A DNA stretch of 63,048 nt, filler included, from Corallochytrium limacisporum Hawaii (taxonomy: Eukaryota > Protista > Pluriformea), in NCBI GenBank assembly GCA_002811645.1. It is 3 parts of 3 records of this genome, joined end to end, with 100 filler letters (N's around TTAATTAATTAA, not from the genome) between each part and the next. Parts side by side here need not be neighbours in the genome. Positions count along the whole stretch, not along the records: positions 1 to 31,328 come from PDIP01000118.1; 2 more parts are not named here. One strand, written 5' to 3'. This document shows, in pieces, positions 1-11,258 of this stretch; the first letter of the stretch is position 1; every line of letters begins with the position of its first letter. Below the pieces are notes generated by a model that worked only from the letters and a program-made list of their open reading frames with translations, was not told the origin of the DNA and ran no database searches. A program made the position numbers and the translations under genes.

Positions 1-177
1 ATGGCGTTACACGCTTGGGCTAACAATCACGAATTGTGCAAATTTTTGTTGAACACCGGTTTTTCGAAATTCTGCACTTTTTTATTGAACATAGGTTGGT
101 AGTATCTATAGTAGTATACACGAATTTGCAGTTTAAATTCTTCATCTAGGCACAACAAGCCAGTGCTGGTGTCTCTT

Positions 178-3100
178 TCACGCTTTCATTTCGCCTCGGT
201 ACACGTGTTCCTTACGGTACGTTTCGTTGAGCCGCTTGAGCAATCTGCGACTGCCATAGTCCAATCGGGCACTGAGGCGCGCAACGCCGTCTCGAAAGGT
301 CACTCCCAAAATGTGATAGGCGGCAAGGTCGAGACTGCGGGCCACCGGAGACGGCAGCACTTCGCTAGTCAGCATCAAAATAATGTCACCGAGAAGATGA
401 CCGCCGTAGTAGCCGACGACGTAACGATCTTGCTCAGCCACTTGCTCCATACACCGAGCATAATCCTCACAACTGCTTTCCAATAGGGCAGCTAGGTCCT
501 CGTCTTTCAGTAGCAGCGCACCACGATGAAGCATCCTCAGACCACCTAGGACAGAACGGTGCCAGAGCAGGAACAGATGGAAGAGAGGTGCAATGTCGTC
601 GCTGAAACGGAAACGCAGCAGGTTGTACATGAGATCGAAAGAGGAGTGCAGAATAGATGCGACCTCGAGAAGCATCTTTCGAGCTTTCGTTCGGTCATTC
701 TCCTTCTCTAGGGTGGCGGCCAAAGCTTCGGTCAGCATGCTCAGGGCCGGCAATCGGAAGGATCCAGCCACAAGCTGTCGCACTAGCGGGGATGTCAACA
801 TATATGGGTTCTGACGCTGGACGCAGCAAACAACGCCCAAGGCAGTGCGCAAACGATAGAGACGGTCTGCCATGGGCTCCGATAGCCCCGTGGAAGTATC
901 AATTGCTCCGAGAGTCGTATCCAAAGAGGCAGCCAGCGAATCCAAGGCTATATTCAGTCTTGACTCCACAAGTCGAGCAATAGATTGTATGTCAGCACTG
1001 TTGCTCATGGGATCTTTCCCTTGTGTGTTTCTCGAGTGCTCCCACCAGGAACGATACTGATGCTGCAACTCCTGGGGATTTTCTACTAGGGACAAAAGGA
1101 ACAGAACAAAGCCAACATTAAGCTCCAGACCTCCACCAGGCACAGATGGCAACGATGGGATGGATAGGTTGTGCAGCAGGAAGTTAGCACTTGAACGATC
1201 CACATCGAGAAGGATCAGCAGTAGTCCCTTATGGGAAGCACGGAGGGCACCGCGCAGTTCCTTCCAGCGGACAATGGAGGGTTCACTTGCGTAGGCATGA
1301 CCTACAGACGTCAAGAGAAGAACCCATCGGATAGACAATGCCTCGGCCATTGTGTCGTTCTGCACCACTGCACTGGTATGCCGGGACAGATACCGGGTAA
1401 CTGGCTCGAGTTCTTCGATCCGGGTCGAATCAAACGTGTTGCCACCCCCTGGTTGTTGATCCTTAAGCATCCGGTCCATGTAGCCTATGGCCCAATCTTT
1501 GCGACAAGATTGCATCTGCTTGCTTTCACAATCGAAATCAACTCGTGCATCTTCAAGAGCCAACACAAATCGTCCAATCTTGTCATGCAAAACACAAGCC
1601 ATGGGAGTCGTGTCATCGCTGGGTAAACTCTTTCCCCAGCTGCTGTCTTTGGACCCAAACAGGTCGGCTGCGATCCGTTCTGCTGCTTCTCGAACGGCTT
1701 GAATACTGCTGTCATAGTCAGCAGTATTTCCAGGCTTGTCGTATTCTTCTTCTGGACGATCCTCCTCATCTGAAGCCGCATCATCAGCAAGCAAATCGAT
1801 GGTAGTTTCGTCAGTTTTAATGTTCCTGAGCGGTTCCAGCCATGCAGTCACAGCTGTCACGTGGAACAACAACTCGATGCATCCTGCGTCCCCACCCTTA
1901 TCTTGAACGTGCCATAAGGAGGAACGATCTGCAGGAACACCCGGAAGGGCTTTTTTCGTATCGTCAACAGATCTCAACCAGGCACCAAGATTCTGGAAGG
2001 TCCTCGCAAGTTCCTCATGAACCTTTTGGTAGTGATCTAAGCAGAGTAGAGCGTTCTCAATTGTGCCTGCTCTCGCTGCACAGTGCTCAATTTGTAGACT
2101 GTAGCTCCAGAGTCGTTTCCACGATGATAGGTTGGGTGTTTGACGATGTAAGTACAACATGTGGTTCTGAACCTTTCCCAGTGTTTGTACAAAGGCATCC
2201 TTTTGAACTCCTTCGATGTCGGTTTCGCTAAGTAGTGAGCTCAAATTGATTTCAGACACACACTTAACGTAAATGTTTAGAGCCGTGGACAGCGCACGGT
2301 TGAGCTTATGACCACGCGTTGCCTCGATCACCGAGGAAGAAAGGAGGTAACGAGCCTGAATCCGACCCACAAAGTAGCAAGGGCACGGAGAGAGCAATAC
2401 CTCAGACGTGGGATCAAAGTGGTCACTGGTCAACACTGTCGCCACCATTTGACCGTCATTTTCCAGCCCCTTTCGAACTTTCTCCGGGGTGATCAGTTCG
2501 TCGTTGATTAACATTGTCTTTAGCAAATTCTCCAGCAGGTTGCGATCTTCCTGAACCAAAGGATGGTTCATCAGAGCCTTGCCAATCTCGGCAACTGTTG
2601 TTGACACAAAGTTCCAGTCGCCTTGGCGCAGGCCAGGGTGTCTGCCTGCCTTGTGTTCTTTCGCATCGTCAGGACCCACCTTGGGCTGGTCTGAGGCAGG
2701 GTTTGTTGGCTGGACAGAACGAAGCAGGATGCGTGCAACATCCTGTGGTTCCTGTGCATACATTTGCGCGTTCAGAATGACTGTTGGTGCGACAGCACCA
2801 ATAGCAAGAGGATTGTCCTCTCGTTCCCGATGCTGCCACTTTGGGTCATATAAAAGACATGCGCTGAACTCCATGTCGCTTTTGCCCAATGTGATTTCTC
2901 TCTGAATATTGTCCCATTGTGGTCGCAAAGCAGGTATCGACCGCAACAGTCGGTACAATTCACCAATAGCTTCCATTACGTCAATGCGAAAGCAAGGGTG
3001 CAGTGTCATTACATGAGCTGCAGACGGAGATACATAGCTTGCGAGTCCACACATAATCTGATGCCTCTGTCCCGCGGTCTGTAAGCAGTCGTTGTCAGTT

Positions 3101-5316
3101 ATCAAAGTGTGTAAAGCGTTCCCTTGGGTAGACAAGCCACTATCAATATTGATCCGAGCTACCTGACTGCCAGTTGACGATAGTGATCTGTCCACCATTA
3201 CCACCAGGGTCAAGAGACTGACCACAACCGGAAGAATCAGGACCTGATTATCCACTTCCGAAATATCTTTGAGGGCCTTACAAATTTCGTGGACTATACC
3301 ACCAATTCGAGCAATCATGTCTGATGCACTCTCTGATCCAATTGGAATGACGGAGATGAGCACTTTCATGATGTGAAGCAGAACCACATGTTTCCTTCTA
3401 AGCGATCGATGATGAGTCAGTGAATCTCTGGCTACCCTACTTAGTCTTGTCAAAGCCGAAAGAATTTGTGTCGACGGTGTCGTCTGGCAAGCCTTGGCCA
3501 ATGCTTTCCACATCAGACAATGTGATGCGCTCACAAGAAAATAGTCCTGCTTGTCATCTGCGCCTAGAGACGCTATTTCGTCCAATGACGGATGCTGGAG
3601 TGCGTCCAGGATTCCCTCAAGTAGCAGATTCATCTGTCGCCTCTTTAGCAGAGTCCGGAAGATAGACTCGGCAACACTTACGGTAAGCGGGGACAATTGC
3701 TCTTCTTTCTCCAGTACTGCAGCCCAGAAAATGCCGAGAAATGGTTCCAGTAGCCGACAGTTGATCGCCACAAGTCTATTCCAGCACTGGTATACCTCTG
3801 GTGCCATTGGACTCTTAGTCTGCGGTAGTATTACATTCTCAAGGAGTTGTGTCAAACAACGTTCCATCCGACGGCCATACTGCCGATCCTGTGCTTCGCT
3901 GTACAAGCGATGTGTATCAATCAAGGATAGAAGATCGCCGACTATAACCATACTGTCTGCTCCCTTATCGGACTCTTTCGCAATCTTATGCTTATTGGCA
4001 TCACTTGGAGCGACGATTTCAGCAGTGATAAAAAAGCTGAATTCAATGGCCATACTAAACACTTGCCACTCATGCGATACATTGGGTTGGACTTCTGCTT
4101 CGCCAGTAGGGACATCGCCGTCGTCGATTGGAACACTTCTGGTGGATGTCCGAGCCTGGGCTTTGAGACAGGTCTCATAAACCGTACAAAAGAAGCGAGG
4201 CAGCGTATCAGCCTTGGTACACTGCACAGTCACATATTTTCCAGAAGCCACTTCAAAGAGAGGTCCTGAGGCTTTGTCACTCTTCCACTGTGCCAGACCA
4301 TGCTTGATGGCATCTCTAGGGTCATCGGGACTTTCCAATTTCAACCGCTTTGTGCGGTGGCTCTTGTCGTCATCTTCTTCAACGTACTCTCCATCTTCGT
4401 GCATAGTATCGAAACCGCTACCCAATTTCTGATCTTCATCATCAGCGGTTGGACTTTTGGTGTACAGGGCCTTTCCTACAATCAATGGCACAATCTTTGG
4501 GAATTGAGCTAAGTTTCGGCAACTCTCCACTGAGAATACAGTGATACCCAGTATTTGTTCGATATAGTACTTAATTCTACCATCTGTGCTCTGTGGAAGA
4601 GGCGATTGAGCCGATCCACCAGTCGCAGTCCACAAACTATACGCATTCTCCAGTACATTTGTCACGAACCAGCTGTGGAGCTTGCGCGGGTTGCCAATTG
4701 CAGATTGGCCCGGGGCATTGAACAGTGCGTGCGCTAGCATCACTATGTACATGCGGCTCTCCGCATTAGATTCCGTCTTCAACGATTTACACATTGCTTG
4801 GAAGGCACTCTTGGTGAATTTCCTTGCCAGGTCTGGCGACGGCATAAGCAGATCCTGGCCGTAACTTGATACACTCTTACAGCACACCCCTACAACATCA
4901 ATCTTTGAATTTAGTTGTAATGCCTTCGTATCATTCGCAGCAACTGCTGATTCCAGGGTGCTGATGACGTTGTGTAGTTCGGTTGACGACACAACAGCAC
5001 CCAACTGCACTGCAGTGTCAAGAATCTTCGCTATGGATCGCAAGCAATCCATACGTCCTTCACAAACGTTGGCGCTCTTCTCATCCTTTGCCTTCGCTGA
5101 ATTTGCAAGTTTCTGTGTCTGTACAATCTGCTGACAGCACCATCCAATCAGGTCTGAGAGTGTTTTACTTGTCAAAAATTGTGCCGCAGCATGGTGTATA
5201 TTTTGTCGCAGAGCCTTAGCCCTGGCACTGAAAGGTTGCTCTCGCGATTGCAAGTAGCCGAGGTCAACGCTACCGTCTAGGGAAACAGGTAGGTGATCTG
5301 CATCTTTTCCCTCCAT
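178..5316 (-). CDS. URB2: Nucleolar pre-ribosomal-associated protein URB2/Npa2-like (1712 aa)
   Basis: Long uninterrupted, mostly helical ORF. The C-terminus AAYHILGV...VARLSARLDYGSRRLLKRLNETYRKEHVYRG resembles the conserved Urb2/Npa2 C-terminal domain. Confidence 0.65.
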   Translation of the reverse strand: MEGKDADHLPVSLDGSVDLGYLQSREQPFSARAKALRQNIHHAAAQFLTSKTLSDLIGWCCQQIVQTQKLANSAKAKDEKSANVCEGRMDCLRSIAKILDTAVQLGAVVSSTELHNVISTLESAVAANDTKALQLNSKIDVVGVCCKSVSSYGQDLLMPSPDLARKFTKSAFQAMCKSLKTESNAESRMYIVMLAHALFNAPGQSAIGNPRKLHSWFVTNVLENAYSLWTATGGSAQSPLPQSTDGRIKYYIEQILGITVFSVESCRNLAQFPKIVPLIVGKALYTKSPTADDEDQKLGSGFDTMHEDGEYVEEDDDKSHRTKRLKLESPDDPRDAIKHGLAQWKSDKASGPLFEVASGKYVTVQCTKADTLPRFFCTVYETCLKAQARTSTRSVPIDDGDVPTGEAEVQPNVSHEWQVFSMAIEFSFFITAEIVAPSDANKHKIAKESDKGADSMVIVGDLLSLIDTHRLYSEAQDRQYGRRMERCLTQLLENVILPQTKSPMAPEVYQCWNRLVAINCRLLEPFLGIFWAAVLEKEEQLSPLTVSVAESIFRTLLKRRQMNLLLEGILDALQHPSLDEIASLGADDKQDYFLVSASHCLMWKALAKACQTTPSTQILSALTRLSRVARDSLTHHRSLRRKHVVLLHIMKVLISVIPIGSESASDMIARIGGIVHEICKALKDISEVDNQVLILPVVVSLLTLVVMVDRSLSSTGSQVARINIDSGLSTQGNALHTLITDNDCLQTAGQRHQIMCGLASYVSPSAAHVMTLHPCFRIDVMEAIGELYRLLRSIPALRPQWDNIQREITLGKSDMEFSACLLYDPKWQHREREDNPLAIGAVAPTVILNAQMYAQEPQDVARILLRSVQPTNPASDQPKVGPDDAKEHKAGRHPGLRQGDWNFVSTTVAEIGKALMNHPLVQEDRNLLENLLKTMLINDELITPEKVRKGLENDGQMVATVLTSDHFDPTSEVLLSPCPCYFVGRIQARYLLSSSVIEATRGHKLNRALSTALNIYVKCVSEINLSSLLSETDIEGVQKDAFVQTLGKVQNHMLYLHRQTPNLSSWKRLWSYSLQIEHCAARAGTIENALLCLDHYQKVHEELARTFQNLGAWLRSVDDTKKALPGVPADRSSLWHVQDKGGDAGCIELLFHVTAVTAWLEPLRNIKTDETTIDLLADDAASDEEDRPEEEYDKPGNTADYDSSIQAVREAAERIAADLFGSKDSSWGKSLPSDDTTPMACVLHDKIGRFVLALEDARVDFDCESKQMQSCRKDWAIGYMDRMLKDQQPGGGNTFDSTRIEELEPVTRYLSRHTSAVVQNDTMAEALSIRWVLLLTSVGHAYASEPSIVRWKELRGALRASHKGLLLILLDVDRSSANFLLHNLSIPSLPSVPGGGLELNVGFVLFLLSLVENPQELQHQYRSWWEHSRNTQGKDPMSNSADIQSIARLVESRLNIALDSLAASLDTTLGAIDTSTGLSEPMADRLYRLRTALGVVCCVQRQNPYMLTSPLVRQLVAGSFRLPALSMLTEALAATLEKENDRTKARKMLLEVASILHSSFDLMYNLLRFRFSDDIAPLFHLFLLWHRSVLGGLRMLHRGALLLKDEDLAALLESSCEDYARCMEQVAEQDRYVVGYYGGHLLGDIILMLTSEVLPSPVARSLDLAAYHILGVTFRDGVARLSARLDYGSRRLLKRLNETYRKEHVYRGEMKA

Positions 5317-6007
5317 AACTCTAGTGGATCTTAAATCATTATGTATCCGTACTTGACCTCCATATCGAATTGATCAGTCCAGATGATCAAAGATACCCAA
5401 CGGTGAAAGATTTACTGACCGGGTCACTGTTAGTTGTTCACCAAAACCCAAAAAATTCCATTTATATTTCCAGGCCTCTTGGTACCTTAGGAACATAGGG
5501 ACTTTCAGGCAGAAGGATTGATTCCGCCTTACACACTCGAAATAGTCCATCTCTTTCTGCAATCACGCGCACGTAGCAAGACCCACCTTTTCCCGCATGG
5601 AGCGGGTACAATCCCGTAGACTCTGGTTGGTGAGGAGATTCGGAGTCCATTTCTCCTCCGCAGTGCCCTGAAGTCTCCGGCTCAAAATTAGGGCCAGAAG
5701 GGAGGGTGGGGGTAGGTGCCGGTCGAATGCGACACGCGCGCGAGCTACGACGGGTTGCGCCCTCAGAGCCAAATCGCACTTCTGTTGCTTGTTACTCGTG
5801 CTTATGTCACACCTCATAGCACTGCACTGCGTTTTTCCAAATGATTGTCTTACCCACTCTGACCATGTTAACTCCTGAGGAAAACGTACTTCAGAGAGCG
5901 CACAGTGCTAAATGCAAAGAGTCTATTTTCAGCCATGTGGACCTGACAGGGAATGGCGACGAGAACATGTGAAGAGCAAATCCGAGTACCTATTAGAGGG
6001 TTCAATC

Positions 6008-7132
6008 ATGCTATCGCTGACAAGGTTGCGACATACTACTATGGTGGTGCCAGCCCTGTGGCGTACAGTACCGATGTCTGCTACTGAGATACCTCAGTTG
6101 GCAGCACAGTCGTGCCATCCCTCAAAACCGACCGCGCGGGGTGTGTTTGCGACCGTGCGTAACTATGCCTCACCTCGGAGGCGCATGGTCACAGGGGCTC
6201 CGGAGCGGGAATCATCCGGTCCAAAAGGAATGAGCAAGCAAGACAAGAGCCGCATATGGAAGCTGTTGGCCGCAGGATTTGTGTTCACGACAGTGATGGT
6301 TGGTGGTTACGTCTACACAGACAATACACGCGTGCTCTACGAGAATAACGACGCCCCTGACTACTATGAGGCTCCACGGACACAGAAGGAATACACTGCC
6401 ATTTGGCAACGCATTGCGGTAAGTATTTGAAAGCACAGAATGGAAGACAGTGGAACAATGACCTGCCCTGGGAACCCGAAACTAACGAAGAATTATCAAG
6501 TGTGCTTTTGCCTCTCCTACTATCTTTTATTTTCATTGCAGCAGCAAGCGTACGATGATCGAATCTGGTTTGAAGAATGGATGATTCTTTTGCCCTGGCG
6601 ACGCAAGGCAATCGTGTCGAAGGCAAGGGGCAAAGTTCTGGAGGTCAGTGCGGGCACAGGCCGTAATCTGGATTACTACAAAACGGATGGTAGTGTGGAG
6701 TCCCTTACACTCACGGACCTCGTACCTGAGATGCTGAAAGCTTGCGAGGAGAAGATTGTGACTCAGAAACTGCCCTTCCCGGTAAAATGTGAGATCGCTG
6801 ATTCACAGAAGCTGCCGTACGAGAACGATTCCTTCGATTCGGTTGTGCAGACTTTTGGTCTATGTTCGTATCCGAAGCCAGTGCTGGCGTTGAGGGAGAT
6901 GGCCCGCGTCTGTAAAGCAGGCGGCAAAATATTACTTCTCGAGCATGGTGAGTCGAACTGGGACCGTACTGCGCGAGAGCAACTCAAAAGACAGTTCAAA
7001 CACGCGAGCTTCTGGGGCTGTTACAACAATCGTCCCATTGATAAACTCGTGCAACAGGCAGGGCTAAAGATTTTGAACATCAAACGGTACCAGAAAGGCA
7101 CAGTCTATCTCATTGAGATAGAAAACAGGTAG
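6008..7132 (+). CDS. Mitochondrial class I SAM-dependent methyltransferase, OMS1-like; 2 exons (6008-6418, 6542 or 6545-7132)
   Basis: Arg/Ser-rich presequence-like N-terminus, one TM (LLAAGFVFTTVMVGGYVY), motif I VLEVSAGTGRN, SFDSVVQTFGLCS and LLLEHG. Splicing joins the two same-frame ORFs as IWQRIA|QQAYDDRIWFEE. An upstream in-frame ATG at 5912 is also possible. Confidence 0.8.
6419..6541 (+). other. Spliceosomal GT-AG intron, phase 0 (123 nt, or 126 nt with the alternative acceptor at 6544)
   Basis: Donor GTAAGT at 6419, branch-like ACTAAC at 6481, polypyrimidine tract, acceptor TTGCAG/CAG. Removal deletes the in-frame TGA at 6428-6430. Confidence 0.85.
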
Positions 7133-7258
7133 ACGTAAGACGGTCATGGCCGGTTGCAAGCATATGTATCATATTGTAAATAGTCGCATCTTCTACTACA
7201 TATTTCTTTAATTTTTGTGTCAAGACAAATAGAAAACCTAAGAGACAGGCCTGGTAGT

Positions 7259-10200
7259 TCACTTGAGCTTCCGTCGGCCCATAAGCTTGGAGATCTGCTC
7301 TCTGGCCTTGAGCTTTTGTGCTGCAGCAGTGCGAGTGGATTGGCCACCTGCGGTGGCCTTGTGATGGCCGCGGTGTCCATGGGCACGCGCTGCGGTAGAG
7401 TAGTAATCATCACCTTCGTCGTCCGATTCGGCCTGTAATTTGGCTTCGTTAGCACGGAGGACAACATCGAGAAGTTCACGTTGTTCGCTTTCAGTAGCGT
7501 AGGGCATGGTCTCAGCAGTGGCTTGGTCCATGCGAGATTTAAGGCGCTCAAATGGAATAACCGTGAAGGCATAACCTTGATCAATCAAGAACTGCTGCCG
7601 CTTGCTCGAGTAGTACATTTCTTGGGTGTCCTTGGAGATGAGCGTGTAGAAAAAGGCATTGTACTCGTCAGGTCCGGTGTTTTTCTTTGGCCGAAGAATA
7701 CGGCCCAGACGCTGAGCTTCCTGCTGGCGGGCACCGTAGTGTGAAGACACCTGGATAAGGACATTGGCATCAGGCATGTCGAAACTGTTGTCACCGACCT
7801 TGGAGATGAACACTGTGCGAAGGGTACTTTTGTCTGATTTAAACAAAGACAAAATCTTAATTCGCTCCGCATGGGGCGTACCTCCATAAATATAAGGACG
7901 CTCAAACTTCACTGCGTACTCCCGCAGGGCAAAAACGTTGTCCGCAAAGACCAAAATCTTGTCCCCCATGGCCTCGTGGTGGTCCACCAAGATCTTAACA
8001 GCATGGAACTTGGTCGGATTCATGACGTAGGTAAGCACCTTCTTACGGGCGGACAGCTTGAGGTACTCCTTGAAGAAATCTCCCGTCATCGGGCACCAGA
8101 CTTCGGCACACTTGACTCGGGCAAGGTAGCCCTTGTTTTGCAAATCCATCCAGCTCGCTTCGTACAGCTTTGGTCCGATAAGGTACTTCAAATCATTAAT
8201 CTTGTCATCCTCGCGAAGCAGTGTCGCAGTCAATCCCAACTTGCAGTGGGCCTTCACGTTGTGCACAACTTTGCGAAACTGCTTAGCCGGAGCAAAATGT
8301 ACTTCATCCAACAGCATAATACCCCATTCATGACTGGAGATCCAGTCCAAGACCTTTTGCGCTTCCTCGGCACGCTTCCCGCTGAAGCTCATCATGGAAT
8401 ACGTGGAAATTAAGATACTGTCCTCGGTCGGCATTTCCTTGTAGTCAGCCGTGAAGCGCTTGATCTGGCGCTCTTTGATAGTAGTCCACAGTAAGAATTG
8501 ATTCTTCCACTGATCAACAGCAACAGCTGTGGTACACAGTACTACTGTGCGCTTGTTTACCGTACACGCAGCTGTGACACCTGTCAATGTCTTTCCTGCA
8601 CCACATGGCAGGCAGATCATTCCCGACCGCGCTCTACCGTTGCCAAACATTTTTGCCAGGCTTTTCTCCTGATATGGGCGCAGATGGGCAATAGGTTTCA
8701 GCTGCATGCCGATATCGGGTGAGCTTTTATCATTGCGGAAATCGTACTCTTCCAACAGGGGATAGTGACGACTGCAGAAATTTTTGGTCTCTTCAACCAT
8801 CTCTTCACGTATACGAAAGGAGAAAATATGCTGGCCGATGCTTTCGAACTCATTGTCCTCCTTTTCCAATCGCTTCATCACATCCATAATGTCATCCGCG
8901 GCCTCTTCGTCAGCCATTGCTTCCGGTTTGCCGTCATCACCAATGTTTTGCTCTGATGTTTCGCCGTCCGGGTCAGGCTTTACTTCTGTTGGGGGTCCAC
9001 CCTTCTTATGATCAAAGCCGGCGATTTTGAAGTCCTTGATGTTGTCTTTCTTGCGAGTTTGCAAGGAAGCACCTCGTGCCAGAGATCTCTTGATGATGGT
9101 CATATTGAGCATCTTGTTCAAGATCTGCTGGTCCGATGATTCGATCATATAGTTATTGTCCCTAAGCACAAGTGATATACGTCCATATCGCTCGGTACAC
9201 ACCCGAATAAAGTTGCTGACCGAGTCGGGAATAGGACTCTTCGACAGTTTGTCGAGGACATCGAGGATATCATCCTGTTTTAGACCAATCGAACTTGCTG
9301 CAAACAGAGAGTACGGTGTCAGACGGTATTCATGTACAAAGTATGGCCGACACACGGGCTCCGCGATGGAAATGAGAAAATCGTAAGCGTTCTCATAAGC
9401 ATTACTAAATGTTTCCAAGAAGATGCGTCCGTTTGGCGCAATGTACACTGGGCGCTTATCCATGTCATCCTTCATGGGCATCTTGATGTAATCCCCTTCT
9501 TTAAACAGGGAGTACACATCGTCGTGTACATCGGCATACGGATTGTAGTTCAGACGGTCACTCGCCTCGATAATTTCTGCCTCGCCTTCGGCGTCATCGT
9601 CGGCTTCTTCTTCACGATCACGCTTTCGATCCGTTTCACCTTCAACGTCTTCAAATTCTCCGACACCTCGACCGCGTTTTCCCTTCTTGGCTCGTAGAAT
9701 TGGCTTCTGCACCAGATCGACCAGTCCATCGTCTTCATCCTCTTCTTCGGGCGGTGACAGATCTTCCTCAGCGGACCAGTCCTCGTCTTGTTCGTATTCT
9801 TCGGCGTCACTGTAGCCTTCTCCTTCGCCGGGTTTGATGCCAGCCTCTTGCTTCTTCTTCAAACGTTCCTGGCGTTTCTTTTCTTTGCGTTCCTGCCTAC
9901 GTCTTTCCTTTGCTTTGCGGCGTTCCTCCCGTTCTTTCTCACGTTTCTTTTTGCGGTGGTCGACCTGCTCTGCTTCCTCAAAGCCAGCTTCACCCTTAAA
10001 ATCTGCTGCGTCCTTCGAGGTACCTGTGTCACCAAAGTCCAGGTCTTTCAGCGATTTGTAGTATTTGGGTCTCCTTTTGGAAGCGTCCATCTGTGCTGTA
10101 GACGACGAGGCCGCTGTCCCGGGGGCAGTTGATGACGACGGTGCCGCAGATTCTCCTTCTTCGTCTGAATCTCCTCCAACAACAATTTTTCGCGCCTTCT

Positions 10201-10357
10201 TGCGCTGAACGACCGGTGCTGCATCTTCGTCGTCATCATCATCCTCGTCATCAAACACAGTACGCTGGGCTCTTGCAACATGACGGTCTGCTGCTGCAAA
10301 AAGACTGACGGGCTGCTCATCATCGTCAGAGTCATCAAATGTGGGCAATTTCGTCAT
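7259..10357 (-). CDS. ERCC3: TFIIH helicase/translocase XPB (Ssl2/Rad25), paralogue A, divergent
   Basis: GRIFLETFS..AYDFLISIAEPVCRP N-domain, LRPYQEKSL, Walker A LPCGAGKT, DEVH, LGLTATLLREDDKI (RED motif), QEAQRLGRILR. Long acidic/basic N-terminal extension. Confidence 0.93.
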   Translation of the reverse strand: MTKLPTFDDSDDDEQPVSLFAAADRHVARAQRTVFDDEDDDDDEDAAPVVQRKKARKIVVGGDSDEEGESAAPSSSTAPGTAASSSTAQMDASKRRPKYYKSLKDLDFGDTGTSKDAADFKGEAGFEEAEQVDHRKKKREKEREERRKAKERRRQERKEKKRQERLKKKQEAGIKPGEGEGYSDAEEYEQDEDWSAEEDLSPPEEEDEDDGLVDLVQKPILRAKKGKRGRGVGEFEDVEGETDRKRDREEEADDDAEGEAEIIEASDRLNYNPYADVHDDVYSLFKEGDYIKMPMKDDMDKRPVYIAPNGRIFLETFSNAYENAYDFLISIAEPVCRPYFVHEYRLTPYSLFAASSIGLKQDDILDVLDKLSKSPIPDSVSNFIRVCTERYGRISLVLRDNNYMIESSDQQILNKMLNMTIIKRSLARGASLQTRKKDNIKDFKIAGFDHKKGGPPTEVKPDPDGETSEQNIGDDGKPEAMADEEAADDIMDVMKRLEKEDNEFESIGQHIFSFRIREEMVEETKNFCSRHYPLLEEYDFRNDKSSPDIGMQLKPIAHLRPYQEKSLAKMFGNGRARSGMICLPCGAGKTLTGVTAACTVNKRTVVLCTTAVAVDQWKNQFLLWTTIKERQIKRFTADYKEMPTEDSILISTYSMMSFSGKRAEEAQKVLDWISSHEWGIMLLDEVHFAPAKQFRKVVHNVKAHCKLGLTATLLREDDKINDLKYLIGPKLYEASWMDLQNKGYLARVKCAEVWCPMTGDFFKEYLKLSARKKVLTYVMNPTKFHAVKILVDHHEAMGDKILVFADNVFALREYAVKFERPYIYGGTPHAERIKILSLFKSDKSTLRTVFISKVGDNSFDMPDANVLIQVSSHYGARQQEAQRLGRILRPKKNTGPDEYNAFFYTLISKDTQEMYYSSKRQQFLIDQGYAFTVIPFERLKSRMDQATAETMPYATESEQRELLDVVLRANEAKLQAESDDEGDDYYSTAARAHGHRGHHKATAGGQSTRTAAAQKLKAREQISKLMGRRKLK

Positions 10358-11026
10358 GGTTCCTGTCCTAGTTTCTCAGACTTCGAGTTTCGTTTTCTAG
10401 ACGAGACTGTTGGGTATGCTTTCTTTAATGCGATAACAACCGTTTGGGGGTATTTGTGATTTTCTTTTGTCAACGAATGCTTCTAATTTTAATTTCCACT
10501 ATTCGGCCCGTAGATCATAGTAGCATGCCAAATTCTTCCCCTGAATTCAACGGTCCAGAAATCACCGCCCTGGCAGTTCTTTCTGTGCTCGTCAAAGTTG
10601 CAGGATACATTCGAGTATGTGTAGCACACACCAACGCCATCGGGGGCAGTTCCTCTTTCATAGCCTTTCCGACGTTGATTAAAATTTCCACTCATGTACG
10701 GAATTGAAATATGAACATTGTATGAATGTGCTACGAGTACAAAGAGGAGAAATAAACATCACACTACCGACCCAATTCGGACACTCTTGCTTTGCTACAA
10801 TCGCGTACTTCCCAATCATTCAATTGAGGAACTGGGCATTGCTCCTCCCAGTGCCTTGCGCGCGATGTTCTGGACTGTTTGCATCCCTCTTCCCCGCGAT
10901 TTGCCAGCCCTAGCGCAGCCCTAGAGGTTCCAAAAAGGAAGAGGGAAGAAGCCATCGGGCAGGGAGAAGGCAGGGGAGGGGAGGACTCTGAGCTACGGAA
11001 CGGGATTGCGGGTCTCATCGTCGCCA

Positions 11027-11038
11027 CATTGGCCAATG
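11027..11038. promoter_or_regulatory. Palindromic double CCAAT box (CATTGGCCAATG) in the XPB-A/XPB-B divergent intergenic region
   Basis: Perfect 12-bp palindrome giving CCAAT on both strands, about 220 nt upstream of the XPB-B ATG. Confidence 0.35.
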
Positions 11039-11258
11039 GAGGCGCGATTTGACTTCGATGGTAGTTCAGACAGTATTCTGTGACTGAACGACTAAATAGC
11101 CCAAACATCAAATCAGCGGACTATTGTAGGAATTTCCATTTTTAATCCTGCGATAGAGTGAGACACGGGACGAATCTGTCAGCAGAGTCAGCATGTCGAA
11201 GGTGACGTGAGTAGTTGAGTTGGCCTGAGAGCCGTTTAAATGGGATTAAAGAAGCAAA

